Under the pieces are notes generated by a model. The model did not search any database. It worked only from the letters and a program-made list of their open reading frames with translations, and had not been told where the DNA came from. DNA of 64,000 nt from Deltaproteobacteria bacterium CG_4_9_14_3_um_filter_63_12 (GTDB taxonomy: Bacteria; Myxococcota_A; Bradymonadia; UBA4248; UM-FILTER-63-12): contig PFUG01000609.1 in assembly GCA_002789955.1 (NCBI GenBank), positions 3,635 through 67,634 of the forward strand, given 5' to 3'. How positions within the stretch are numbered: position 1 is the first letter of the stretch; every line of letters starts with the position of its first letter. The position numbers and the translations under genes were made by a program. Positions 55,544 through 64,000 of this stretch are shown piece by piece.

Positions 55544-57340
55544 GTGAACGTGACCACATCAGCGAAACATGTCGCTGTGGTGCGAGCCAAACTGAAGTTC
55601 ACCACGCGTGAGGAGTTCATTCAGGGGTTCATGCCTCTGATCGGTCGCGCGGGGCTCTTCATTCGCACAAAGAACCCTAAAGAGGTTGGAACGGTGGTCC
55701 GGTTCGAGTTCAAGCTCGCCGACGACACCGCCATCTTCGTTGGTGAAGGCGCTGTTCGAAAACAGATCCTCCCAACCCCAGGTGCGTCCGCGACCCCGTC
55801 GGGCATGATCGTCGCCCTCAAGCGTATGAATCGTGCGTCGAAGGAAGTGCTCGACGAGATCGTGCGACGCCGCGTTGCGGACCAACTGAGCGAATCGCCC
55901 ACCCTCCACCACTCGACCGCTACCCCGCCAGCGGCGGTGGCTGCGGTCGAGCCGGACGAGTTCGAGGCCGAGCTTCCCGAACCTGAACCCGTATTCGCCG
56001 CGGCTGTCGAGACTTCTCGCCCGCAATCCGGACCTGCACCTGCACCAGAGCCACGGCTTGGTGCGGAGCCAGAGCCAAAGCTCGAGCACAACCCAGAGCT
56101 GGCGGTCGAACCCGAGAACCCCTTTGCCGACCTCGACATCGACAGAGCATTGGGCGGCGGTGGCGGTCTCTTTGGAGACGGACTCGAGTCCGAGCTCGAC
56201 GACATTTTTGCCGAAGCTGGCATGTTCTCCTCGGACACGGACGGCTTCGACTTCAGTGCCCCAGCTGACCTCGGCGGCAGTGCGCTGCCCATGATCAACG
56301 CTGGCAACGTCTTCGAAGATCCAGAGCCGCAAGAGGAAGAGGAGGAGTATCGAGGCGGAGTCATCGAGATGGATGAGTCCGAGTTCGATGACGATGACGA
56401 CGAGGGCGACCTCTTCTCCCCGACCGCGCCCAAGCCCGCCAAGCCCGTCGCACCCAGGGTCTCCGCGCCGGTGTTGTTGGCACCGCCAAAGCCCTTGGCG
56501 CCCCCAGTCTTGGCGCCGCCAGTCTTCCCAACCCCCCTGCCAACCTTCGCGCCGACGCCGCTGCCAACTCCATTGCCGACCTTCGCGCCGACGCCGCTGC
56601 CAACTCCATTGCCGACCTTCGCGCCGGCAGCACCCGTTGACGATGGCCTCGATGACCTCTTGCTCGCGCCTGAGCCCGAGCCTGAGCCCCAGGCCGCACC
56701 CGAGCCTGAAGGCTCTGGCTTCGACGACTTCCTCGTAGCGCCCGAACCCGGACCCGAACCCGAACCCGACTCTGGCTTCGACGGCTTCCTCGTTGCCCCC
56801 GAGCCCGAGCCCGAGCCCGACTCTGGCTTCGACGGCTTCCTCGTTGCCCCCGAGCCAGAGCCCAAATCCGGCGTCGACGATTTGTCCGTCGAGCTCGGAA
56901 GAGAGCCAGAGCCGGAGTACGAGGCCGCCGAGTTCGACGAGATCCCCGACGCAAGACTCCCACCCCCGCGCCCGTCGCATGAACTCGATGATGTCCTTCA
57001 TCACCTCGATGACGACGAGCAGATGACGAACGAGGGCGCCGGACTCGCCGAGGCGACCATCCTTAGCGAGCCAAGGATCCCAATTCAACACTTCGCCTCG
57101 AGGGTCGACGACGATGATGTCGGTCTAAACTCCCTCGTCTCCCACGCGAAGCAAGTCGACGTCCCGAAGATCGAGCTGCCTAGAGTCGAGCTCAACCCCC
57201 TCGATGCCGTCTCGATCAACAACGCCGACCTGCCGCCACCGCCCAAACCCACCGGTTTCAAGAGCCCGTCGATCGATGACCTGCAGGCCGGCAAGCCCCG
57301 CAAGAAGGGCCTCTTCAACAAGCTCTTCGGGAAAGAGTAG
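55544..57340 (+). CDS. PilZ-like N-terminal domain protein with Pro/Glu-rich repetitive region
   Basis: N-terminus VVRAKLKFTTREEFIQGFMPLIGRAGLFIRTKNPKEVGTVVRFEFKL..., a PilZ-like beta-barrel pattern by eye. It is followed by about 450 aa of low-complexity PEPEP / PTPLPTFAP repeats. The start is a GTG at 55544 or 55550. Confidence 0.45.
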   Translation: MNVTTSAKHVAVVRAKLKFTTREEFIQGFMPLIGRAGLFIRTKNPKEVGTVVRFEFKLADDTAIFVGEGAVRKQILPTPGASATPSGMIVALKRMNRASKEVLDEIVRRRVADQLSESPTLHHSTATPPAAVAAVEPDEFEAELPEPEPVFAAAVETSRPQSGPAPAPEPRLGAEPEPKLEHNPELAVEPENPFADLDIDRALGGGGGLFGDGLESELDDIFAEAGMFSSDTDGFDFSAPADLGGSALPMINAGNVFEDPEPQEEEEEYRGGVIEMDESEFDDDDDEGDLFSPTAPKPAKPVAPRVSAPVLLAPPKPLAPPVLAPPVFPTPLPTFAPTPLPTPLPTFAPTPLPTPLPTFAPAAPVDDGLDDLLLAPEPEPEPQAAPEPEGSGFDDFLVAPEPGPEPEPDSGFDGFLVAPEPEPEPDSGFDGFLVAPEPEPKSGVDDLSVELGREPEPEYEAAEFDEIPDARLPPPRPSHELDDVLHHLDDDEQMTNEGAGLAEATILSEPRIPIQHFASRVDDDDVGLNSLVSHAKQVDVPKIELPRVELNPLDAVSINNADLPPPPKPTGFKSPSIDDLQAGKPRKKGLFNKLFGKE

Positions 57341-57365
57341 GACTATTACGGCGTTCGGACTCAAG

Positions 57366-57392
57366 GGGCAGGCCTAGTGGCCTGCCCTTTTT
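57366..57392. terminator. rho-independent terminator (bidirectional): GGGCAGGCC-TAGT-GGCCTGCCC then TTTTT
   Basis: Perfect 9-bp GC stem with a 4-nt loop and a U5 run on the + strand, with an A-run on the other side. It lies between the convergent PilZ-like and ABC genes. Confidence 0.7.
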
Positions 57393-57414
57393 CGTTTACC
57401 GACCGCGCCACGCT

Positions 57415-59286
57415 TCACCGCCGCGACCGCACCAGAATGAACACCAACGTCGGCCCCCCGAGCAGCGCGGTGATCACCCCGACCGGCAACTCCGCGGGCG
57501 CTACGATCGAGCGTGCAAACGCGTCGGCGAACGCCAGAAACGTAGCGCCGAACAGCAGACTCAGCGGGATCAGTAAACGGTTGTCCGAGCCGAACAACGC
57601 CCTCGAGGCGTGGGGCACCAGCAACCCGACGAAGCCAATGGGACCGACCTGTGCGACGGCTGCAGCGGTGACGAGGCTGGCCGCCGCGAACGCCAGCGTG
57701 CGCGTGCGCGGGACGTCGACGCCTCGTGCGGCGGCGAGCCCCTCGTCGACCGAGAGAAGGTTCAACTTGCGGGACAGCGCCAGCAACGCGAAGGCTCCGG
57801 CGAAGATGAATGGCGCCGTCTGCACGACGCCCACGTAGCCCACGACATCGAACCCACCCACCAGCCAGCGGATCATCTGGAAGGCTGCGGCTGGGTCGGA
57901 GAGGTACTGCAGCAGCAGCACGAACGCCGAGCTCACGATGGACCACGCGATGCCAGCCAACAAGAGCTCCGTCGAGTCCGCGCGCCCCATGGCTCGCGCC
58001 AGCGCGTAGACCGCCAGCACGCTGGCGAAGGCGCCAGCGAAGGCGAAGAGCGGCGTGGCGCTGAAGCCCAACACCACGAACGCCAACCCGAGCTTGATCG
58101 CCAAAACCGCGCCGAGTGAGGCGCCCCCCGCCACTCCCAAGGTGTATGGGGTCGCCAGTCCGTTGCGCAGTAATGCTTGAAACGTGGCGCCCGCCACCGC
58201 CAACGCGCCGCCGGCCAGCATGGCCAACAAGACTCGGGGCAATCGGATGTTCCAAAAGATCGTCGCGTCGACTGAGGTGCCGCTTGGTCCCTCCCGCCAC
58301 GCGTCTCCGAGATTGAGCCAGGACGCGCCGAAGAGCGGGCACAACACCAACGCCAAGAGCAACGCAGCGACGCCGAGCCCAAGCGCACGGAGCCATCGCC
58401 GGCGATCCAGCGAGAAGCGCTGCTCGTCGCTTGGCATCGAGCCACTTTCGGCACGGCGGGGCTCTGCCTCTCGCTCCGGCGGCGGGGCGGCTGCAGTTCG
58501 AGACGTTCTGCCAGCCCCTGCCTTCGGCACCACGAAAGGCGCGCCGCCCGCTGGGTCCTCGAGGACGTCGAGGCCCTCGCCGAAGCTTCCCTCGAGCTGC
58601 GCTGCCGAGAGAATGGAGCCCGGCGGCCCCTGTGCGGCGATCCTGCCGTCAACCAGGAGCACGATGCGGTCGCAGTAACGGCTCACCAGGTTGATGTCGT
58701 GGCTCGCCATCAGGATGCCGACCTGCGAGGTCGTCCGCAGCTCCTGCAGGATGTCGAGGATCTGCACGCCATGGTGCAGGTCCAGCCCACTCGTCGGCTC
58801 GTCCAACAGCAGGTAGTCGGCCTCCTGCGCGATGGCCGAGGCGATCAGCGCGCGCTGGGCTTCGCCGCCGCTGACCTCGTCGAGGCGGCGGTGCACCAGC
58901 TCGAACACCCCGACCGCCCGCAGCGCGCGCGCCGCAATGAGCCGGTCGGCTTGGGTCTCGAACGCAAAGCCACGCTGATGCGGATAGCGCCCCTGCAACA
59001 CCAGCTCGCCGATGGTGAACGGCGGCACGGACTCGAGCTTCTGTGGCACGTACGCCACCTTGGCGGCCAAGGCCTCGCGGCTGAGGGACCGGACGTCCTG
59101 CCCGTCCACTGAGCGCGCGCCGGTCGTCAGCTCGACAAGACCCAACATGGCCTTCAGGAGCGTGCTCTTTCCCGCTCCATTGGGGCCGATGAGGGCGACC
59201 CACTCGCCGCGCTGCACGGCCACCGAGACCTGGTGCAGGATCACTCGGTCGGCGTATCGCGCGTGCAGCTCGCGGGCGTCGAACAT
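57415..59286 (-). CDS. fused ABC importer: N-terminal ATPase (FecE/BtuD/HmuV-like) plus C-terminal FecCD/BtuC-family permease in one polypeptide
   Basis: Walker A GPNGAGKST, signature VSGGEAQRA, Walker B LLLDEPTSGLD and the H-loop SHD. After an Ala/Pro/Arg-rich linker there are about 9-10 TM helices with the FecCD-family pattern (RLPRVLLAMLAGGALAVAGATFQ...). It is a single uninterrupted frame. Confidence 0.8.
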   Translation of the reverse strand: MFDARELHARYADRVILHQVSVAVQRGEWVALIGPNGAGKSTLLKAMLGLVELTTGARSVDGQDVRSLSREALAAKVAYVPQKLESVPPFTIGELVLQGRYPHQRGFAFETQADRLIAARALRAVGVFELVHRRLDEVSGGEAQRALIASAIAQEADYLLLDEPTSGLDLHHGVQILDILQELRTTSQVGILMASHDINLVSRYCDRIVLLVDGRIAAQGPPGSILSAAQLEGSFGEGLDVLEDPAGGAPFVVPKAGAGRTSRTAAAPPPEREAEPRRAESGSMPSDEQRFSLDRRRWLRALGLGVAALLLALVLCPLFGASWLNLGDAWREGPSGTSVDATIFWNIRLPRVLLAMLAGGALAVAGATFQALLRNGLATPYTLGVAGGASLGAVLAIKLGLAFVVLGFSATPLFAFAGAFASVLAVYALARAMGRADSTELLLAGIAWSIVSSAFVLLLQYLSDPAAAFQMIRWLVGGFDVVGYVGVVQTAPFIFAGAFALLALSRKLNLLSVDEGLAAARGVDVPRTRTLAFAAASLVTAAAVAQVGPIGFVGLLVPHASRALFGSDNRLLIPLSLLFGATFLAFADAFARSIVAPAELPVGVITALLGGPTLVFILVRSRR

Positions 59287-59292
59287 CGCAGG

Positions 59293-60882
59293 CTAGCTCA
59301 GCTCACAGGCGATTTGGGTCGCCGCACGGATGCCGTCGACCGCCGCGCTGACGATGCCGCCGGCATAGCCCGCGCCCTCGCCGATGGGATAGAGGTTCGA
59401 GACCCAAGAGGACCGGAAATCCTCGCCGCGCGGCATGCGGATGGGGGCGCTGGTCCGAGTCTCGACGCCGATGAGCAAGGCCTCGTTGGAGATGAAGCCG
59501 GGCATGCGACGCTCGAACGCAGGCAGCGCCTCACGCAGCGCCTCGATGACGAAGGCCGGATAGAGCGTGGACAGGTCCTCCGATTGAATCCCTGGGCGGT
59601 AGGTGGTCTTGCGCAGCTCGCCGGAGCGTTTGCCCGTCATGAAGTCGGCCACATTCTGGGCGGGGGCTCGAAAGCCACCGCCGCCCAGGAGCGCAGCCTT
59701 GGTCTCGGCCGAGCGTTGGAGCGCCACGCCCGCCAGCGGACCCTCGCCGAAGGCCAAGAAGTCTTCGGGGTCGACGGTCACGACCATGGCCGCGTTGGCC
59801 CAGCGGCCGCTGCGCGAGGCATTGCTCATGCCGTTGACCACGACCTCGTCGGCGCAGGTCGCCACGGGAAGGATGACGCCGCCTGGGCACATGCAGAACG
59901 AGTAGACGCCGCGCACTTTTTGTCTGCCGACTTGGTGCGAGAGCATGTAGTCCGCGGCCGGGATGCGCTCGTGCTCGGCGAACTCGCCGAACTGGCAGTG
60001 ATTGATCAGGGCCTGCGGGTGCTCGATGCGGAAGCCCACCGCGAACGGTTTGGGGACGATCTCGACGCCGCGCGCCAGGAGCGTCGTGTAGAGGTCGCGC
60101 GAGGAGTGCCCTAGGGCCAGCACCGCCCGGTCGAAATCCAGCCGCCCAGCGGTCGTCTCGAGGGCCCCCAAGACACCGTCTGTGACGATGATATCGTCGA
60201 CGCGGGTGCCGTAGAGGATGTGCACCCCCATCGCCTCGAGCGTCTCGCGAAACGTCCGAATGAGCTTCACCAGCTTGTCGGTCCCGAGGTGGGGCTTGGC
60301 GTCGACCAAGATTCTATCGGGCGCCCCGAACTCGTGCAGGGTCTCGAGGACCGTGCGCACCTCGCCGGCACCGATCCGCGTGACCAGTTTCCCGTCGCTC
60401 CAGGTCCCGGCGCCGCCCTCTCCGAAGCAGACGTTGCTCTCGGGGTCGAGGTGTCCCCTGTTGACCAAGGCTCCGACGTCTTTGGCCCGGCCCTCGACGG
60501 GCTTGCCGCGCTCGATGAGGGTAACCTCCAGGCCCGCTCTCGCCAACGTGAGGGCGGCAAACAGCCCTGCCGGCCCGGCGCCGACCACACCGATGTGCTC
60601 GCGCTTGCGGACACGCAGATTGGGCAGCTGCAAGCGCTTGGGGGCCTCGCGGGCCTGGCTGCCCTTGCGCGGCTGGATGGTTGCTTTGAGCTCGACGTCC
60701 AGAGTGTAGACGAAGCGGGGCCGGTGTTTGCGGGCGTCCAGCGAGCGCTTGACCAACGTCGTGTTCATGACTGAGTTCGCGGGCACGCCGAGCTGACCCG
60801 CGACAGCCTTCGTCAGCGCGGTGGCCTCATCGGCTTCGAAATCGATGGCGACTCCGCTCGCTCTCCAAATCTTTGTTGCCAT
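59293..60882 (-). CDS. FAD-dependent oxidoreductase (COG2509-like NAD(FAD)-utilizing dehydrogenase)
   Basis: Dinucleotide-binding GVVGAGPAGLFAALTLARAG...IER. The internal blocks CFGEGGAGTWSDGKL and MCPGG are typical of this family. Start chosen at the ATG at 60882. Confidence 0.65.
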   Translation of the reverse strand: MATKIWRASGVAIDFEADEATALTKAVAGQLGVPANSVMNTTLVKRSLDARKHRPRFVYTLDVELKATIQPRKGSQAREAPKRLQLPNLRVRKREHIGVVGAGPAGLFAALTLARAGLEVTLIERGKPVEGRAKDVGALVNRGHLDPESNVCFGEGGAGTWSDGKLVTRIGAGEVRTVLETLHEFGAPDRILVDAKPHLGTDKLVKLIRTFRETLEAMGVHILYGTRVDDIIVTDGVLGALETTAGRLDFDRAVLALGHSSRDLYTTLLARGVEIVPKPFAVGFRIEHPQALINHCQFGEFAEHERIPAADYMLSHQVGRQKVRGVYSFCMCPGGVILPVATCADEVVVNGMSNASRSGRWANAAMVVTVDPEDFLAFGEGPLAGVALQRSAETKAALLGGGGFRAPAQNVADFMTGKRSGELRKTTYRPGIQSEDLSTLYPAFVIEALREALPAFERRMPGFISNEALLIGVETRTSAPIRMPRGEDFRSSWVSNLYPIGEGAGYAGGIVSAAVDGIRAATQIACELS

Positions 60883-61023
60883 GCGACTCACGCGACACCC
60901 TGAGGCAGAACTGGCGCCAACAGCCAAGGACCTTCCCGAGGTTGCATTTGAGGCGGGAAGGAAGGAAGGATCTATCTGGAATCGACGTTCAACGCCAAGG
61001 AACACCAACAGGAGGGCAGGAAA

Positions 61024-61665
61024 ATGCGTAACGGACGCCACAGTGTCTTGTCTGTACGCGCCGCGCTCGCTTTGGCGGCGATCACCACGATGGTGGGCTT
61101 CGCCTGTGGCCGCCCAAATCCGACCGACGCCGCGCTCGGGCAGGTCATGCAGGAGGCCCGCGACGATCTAGAAAAGTCCCCGGACCCGCGTGACATTCGG
61201 ATATTGAACCTAACAAGGGGAGCTCAGGCCGCGATGACGGGCAAGAGTATGGAGCCCGACAACAACCGCCTTGACGCCTACATTGAGGACCCGAACGAGC
61301 CACCGCCTGAGTCGCAGAAATTCGAACTCGAGGCCATTGCGCTGGCACAGGAAGGCGAGCTTGCCTTGCTCTCCGGTGACGACGAGGGTGGGTTGGCGAA
61401 GCTCGAGGCCTCCATGAAGCTGCATCCGACCCTTGACGCGCTGCGAGTGTTGGGGCCGGAGTTGAGCAAGCGTGCGGCCGTCGAGCTGCTGCAGTCCTAT
61501 TGCGAGGGGACGTTTCGCGTGCAGCGACAGGACGCTGCCCGGCTCGCGGTCCTGGACCTCTGTCGAGCCCAGAGCGACACAGAGGCTCTCCACGAAGCGT
61601 TGCCGTGGGCGAGCGATGAGACGTTGATTTGGTACGAGGTCCAGCTCGTCGAGCCTGTTCCTTGA
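61024..61665 (+). CDS. lipoprotein, function unknown
   Basis: Lipobox MVGFAC|G. No recognisable domain. Confidence 0.45.
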   Translation: MRNGRHSVLSVRAALALAAITTMVGFACGRPNPTDAALGQVMQEARDDLEKSPDPRDIRILNLTRGAQAAMTGKSMEPDNNRLDAYIEDPNEPPPESQKFELEAIALAQEGELALLSGDDEGGLAKLEASMKLHPTLDALRVLGPELSKRAAVELLQSYCEGTFRVQRQDAARLAVLDLCRAQSDTEALHEALPWASDETLIWYEVQLVEPVP

Positions 61666-62048
61666 GAGCTTCCCCACAAATCATTCGGGGTACCGCTCTT
61701 TCTGGGAGGAGGGGCTTTGCCCTGACCCAGGCAGATGCAAACTGGGCTCTGCCCTGACCGGTCGGGGGGCTTGTCCCCCGGACCCCCCTCTTTTTCCGTT
61801 CTTGCAGTCAACCAAGGTTCAGGCTTCTGATGGTGGTCGGACGTTCCACGACTGCGCTTTACCCTGAACAGTTTGGATTGGCAGGCACCACGTGCGGATC
61901 TTCGCCATCGTGGGGTAGTACTGGCCGAGCAGGCGCAAGAGGTTGATGCTCTCTCGCAGCCTTGAGAAATGCTCGGGCTGAGAGAAGCCCCCGCCAACCG
62001 GCGGGGGCTCAGGAGATCTCAGACCAGAAAGCTGGCTGACGCGAACCT

Positions 62049-63785
62049 CTAATAGCCCGCGCCCACCACATTCCCTGCAAAATGACATTTCTGCGCGCAG
62101 CTGCCGTTGGGGTCGGTCTTGTCGGCCACGAGCGGTTTCTGCCAGTTGTGAGAGTACCAGGCGATGGCATGCCCGTTCTTCCGAACTACCGGTCGAACCT
62201 CGTCCGTCACCGGATCGAGGAACACGTCCTGGGTGTCGGATGCGCCGGAGCTGGCCAGTTCGAAATCCCGGCCCAGGCCGAAGGTGTGGCAGCCGATACA
62301 GGCGACCTTGGTGGCAAAGGCGCCGTTGTAGTGCATCTGCACCGGGACCGAGGCGTGCAGAGTACCCGTGTGGCAATCGGTGCACTGAACGTCACCATCA
62401 GTCCTCCAGTCGTATTCCTCTCCCGGCAGATTGTGGATGTTGCCGTTCGCACCCAGGGTGGCCGATGCGGTCCCGTGGCAGTCAGCGCAGGACATCTGTG
62501 CGTGCATGTCGTTTGTGCCGCCGGTGAGCAGAGAGAAACTATCGCTTCCCGAATTCATCAGTTCCGTCGCCTGCGGGTGGCGCCTGACATTGGCGGCCTT
62601 CACCGCCGTCGCCGCGCCGTCCTTCCAATAATAGGCGTTGCGAGCCGGCCGATTGTAGCCGGTGTGGCAGGCCTCACACACGCCTTCTTCGTCCGTGGCG
62701 AAGTACTCCTTGGTGCGGAATTCGTGAGAGGCGATGTTTGCCGTCCGGTCCATCATGAACTCGGACATGCTGTCGGCGGGTCTGGTCCCTGCCCCATCAA
62801 TGGTGTCGTCGGTTTGGACCTGGTCCCAGTATTCCGTAATAGAGTGGGCGTTCTTCCGCGAGATCGTCGCCTTGAAGTGACAGGTCTCGCAGCTGGCGTG
62901 ACAGCGGTTGCAGTTGCCGACCGCGTAGTTCTCGCCGATGACCGTCGTCGTTCCTTCGAGTGTAGTCGCGAAGGTGGTCAACTCTTCGTCTATGTGGGCG
63001 CCGCGCATCTTGAAAATGGTGGCATGCGCGCTGTTCTCGAATTCGCTGTGGTTCTGGTGGCAGCTGGCGCAGCTTTTCGATACCGCCGTGCTGTAGTAGT
63101 TTCGCGTCTTCAGCTCCTCGCCCGCAGCGATCTTCTCGACCGCCTGGCCCTTACTGAAGCGCGCCCAACCGCCATAGGTTTTGTTCACGGGCGCGTGCAT
63201 GCCACCGGCGTTGATGTCCGTATGGCAGCTCACGCACTGCTCGGCGCCGTGGGTCGTTGCCGCGAAGAGTTCACCGTTTACATAGAGAGGCACGGTTTCG
63301 GTCGCACCGGTAGCTGTGTCGACGACGATCGTCTTGACCAGGTCCGGGTTGCCGTGGCAACCGGAGGCTAGGCAGCCGTCATTGCCGCTTGCGGCAGGGC
63401 CGACATTAATGGTCACCGTGCTCGTGCCACAGGTGATGTCGTAGGTGCCGTCCAGGTTGTCGACGACTGCGCAGTCGTTGCCGTCAGAGAGGGTCACGGT
63501 GTTGCCGTCACAAACGATGTCGTACGTGCCGTCGCCGTTGTCGGTGGCCGCGCAGGATGCGCCTGGAGCCCCTGGGACCCCGGGTTGACCATCCGCGCCT
63601 TGAATGAGGTTCACGGTCTCGCCACCGCAATCGACCGTGAAAGTCCCATCGCCGTTGTCCGTCGCGGTGCAGCCCACGCCAGTCGCCCCCTTCGGACCTT
63701 CATCTCCACTACAACCTGCCAGCAGCAAGCAGGTGCACGCTGCTGCAATCGCCAACATGATTCTCATCCCGTGAAGTCTCTTCAT
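62049..63785 (-). CDS. multihaem c-type cytochrome lipoprotein (at least 8 CxxCH plus CX3CH/CX4CH variants) with N-terminal repeat/collagen-like region
   Basis: Lipobox LLLAGC|SG. Canonical haem motifs CVSCH, CASCH, CNRCH, CETCH, CEACH, CADCH, CTDCH and CIGCH, plus CAQKCH and CLASGCH. The N-terminus has 3 copies of a roughly 20-aa unit C(T/A)ATDNGDGT(F/Y)..C.G.TV.L and a G-X-Y run GADGQPGVPGAPGAS. RBS GGAGG sits 6 nt before the ATG. Confidence 0.85.
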   Translation of the reverse strand: MKRLHGMRIMLAIAAACTCLLLAGCSGDEGPKGATGVGCTATDNGDGTFTVDCGGETVNLIQGADGQPGVPGAPGASCAATDNGDGTYDIVCDGNTVTLSDGNDCAVVDNLDGTYDITCGTSTVTINVGPAASGNDGCLASGCHGNPDLVKTIVVDTATGATETVPLYVNGELFAATTHGAEQCVSCHTDINAGGMHAPVNKTYGGWARFSKGQAVEKIAAGEELKTRNYYSTAVSKSCASCHQNHSEFENSAHATIFKMRGAHIDEELTTFATTLEGTTTVIGENYAVGNCNRCHASCETCHFKATISRKNAHSITEYWDQVQTDDTIDGAGTRPADSMSEFMMDRTANIASHEFRTKEYFATDEEGVCEACHTGYNRPARNAYYWKDGAATAVKAANVRRHPQATELMNSGSDSFSLLTGGTNDMHAQMSCADCHGTASATLGANGNIHNLPGEEYDWRTDGDVQCTDCHTGTLHASVPVQMHYNGAFATKVACIGCHTFGLGRDFELASSGASDTQDVFLDPVTDEVRPVVRKNGHAIAWYSHNWQKPLVADKTDPNGSCAQKCHFAGNVVGAGY

Positions 63786-63906
63786 TGGTTCCTCCTGTTA
63801 GCTTTTGATATGACCGGCTCCCAAGAAGTCCCAATACTCTTTTTTTTCCAAAAACAATGCAAGTGGGGTTCTTGGACGAGAATTGACTGAAGTCAAATGG
63901 TCGCGT

Positions 63907-63921
63907 GACGTGTATCACGTC
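63907..63921. promoter_or_regulatory. inverted repeat GACGTG-TAT-CACGTC in an AT-rich region upstream of the cytochrome gene
   Basis: Read directly. Positions 63786-64000 are markedly AT-richer than the rest of the window, which is promoter-like. Confidence 0.3.
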
Positions 63922-64000
63922 GAATCAGCAAACATGCTGTTATTCAATATGTATGTATCGTGTCTGTGGGATGAAAATATTTGAAAAATAGTTCGAGTGA

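Noticed and set aside
55544-57340. Minus-strand 510-aa and 414-aa ORFs inside the PilZ-like gene
   Set aside because: They are produced by the same DNA tandem repeats read on the other strand (Gly/Ser/Arg-rich). The + strand frame has a sensible N-terminal domain and the terminator at 57366-57392.

Overview
This 64 kb window comes from a high-GC (~65-68%) bacterial chromosome. The gene content (LexA, several Ser/Thr kinases, FHA, TPR and PilZ-like proteins, many lipoproteins) suggests Myxococcota or another deltaproteobacterial-type lineage. It is mostly core-genome, with no transposase, integrase, CRISPR array or rRNA. The recognisable genes are:
- proC(partial)-yggS-maf
- lexA with a Cheo-like palindrome upstream
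- a partial complex I locus (nuoA-B-C-D, a short nuoG-like gene, nuoH, nuoI) that lacks nuoEF and nuoJ-N and is followed by a translationally coupled three-gene membrane module including a GT-C (ArnT/PMT-like) glycosyltransferase
- a membrane Ser/Thr kinase and a TPR protein
- a molybdenum-hydroxylase cluster (small 2Fe-2S subunit, large MoCo subunit, FAD subunit, XdhC, MocA-like cytidylyltransferase)
- a secreted thrombospondin-type-3-repeat protein followed by a 22-bp tandem repeat
- hflX with an N-terminal extension
- a dual-FHA membrane protein, cysS and an alpha/beta hydrolase
- tRNA-Pro(GGG)
- the operon tRNA-Val / rpmI-rplT-pheS-pheT, with a MerR-HTH coiled-coil protein in the position usually held by ihfA
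- a DciA-like DUF721 protein, lipoproteins and a DEAD-box helicase with a DbpA-type C-terminal domain
- a 750-bp intergenic region carrying four CAAC-N7-GTTG palindromes at about 20-bp phasing plus a C11 tract
- an FGE-like lipoprotein, a BFN-domain nuclease, a tandem M16 peptidase, a Gfo/Idh/MocA oxidoreductase and an Rrf2 regulator
- an unusual outer-membrane protein fusing a Peptidase_MA-like HExxH domain, a PD40 propeller and an Omp85-type barrel
- a PilZ-like protein with in-frame DNA tandem repeats
- a single-polypeptide ABC importer with the ATPase fused to a FecCD-type permease, next to a COG2509 FAD protein
- a multihaem c-type cytochrome lipoprotein
The most unusual items are the Omp85 fusion, the truncated nuo locus with its membrane glycosyltransferase module, the phased palindrome array, the fused ABC importer and the MerR coiled-coil protein.
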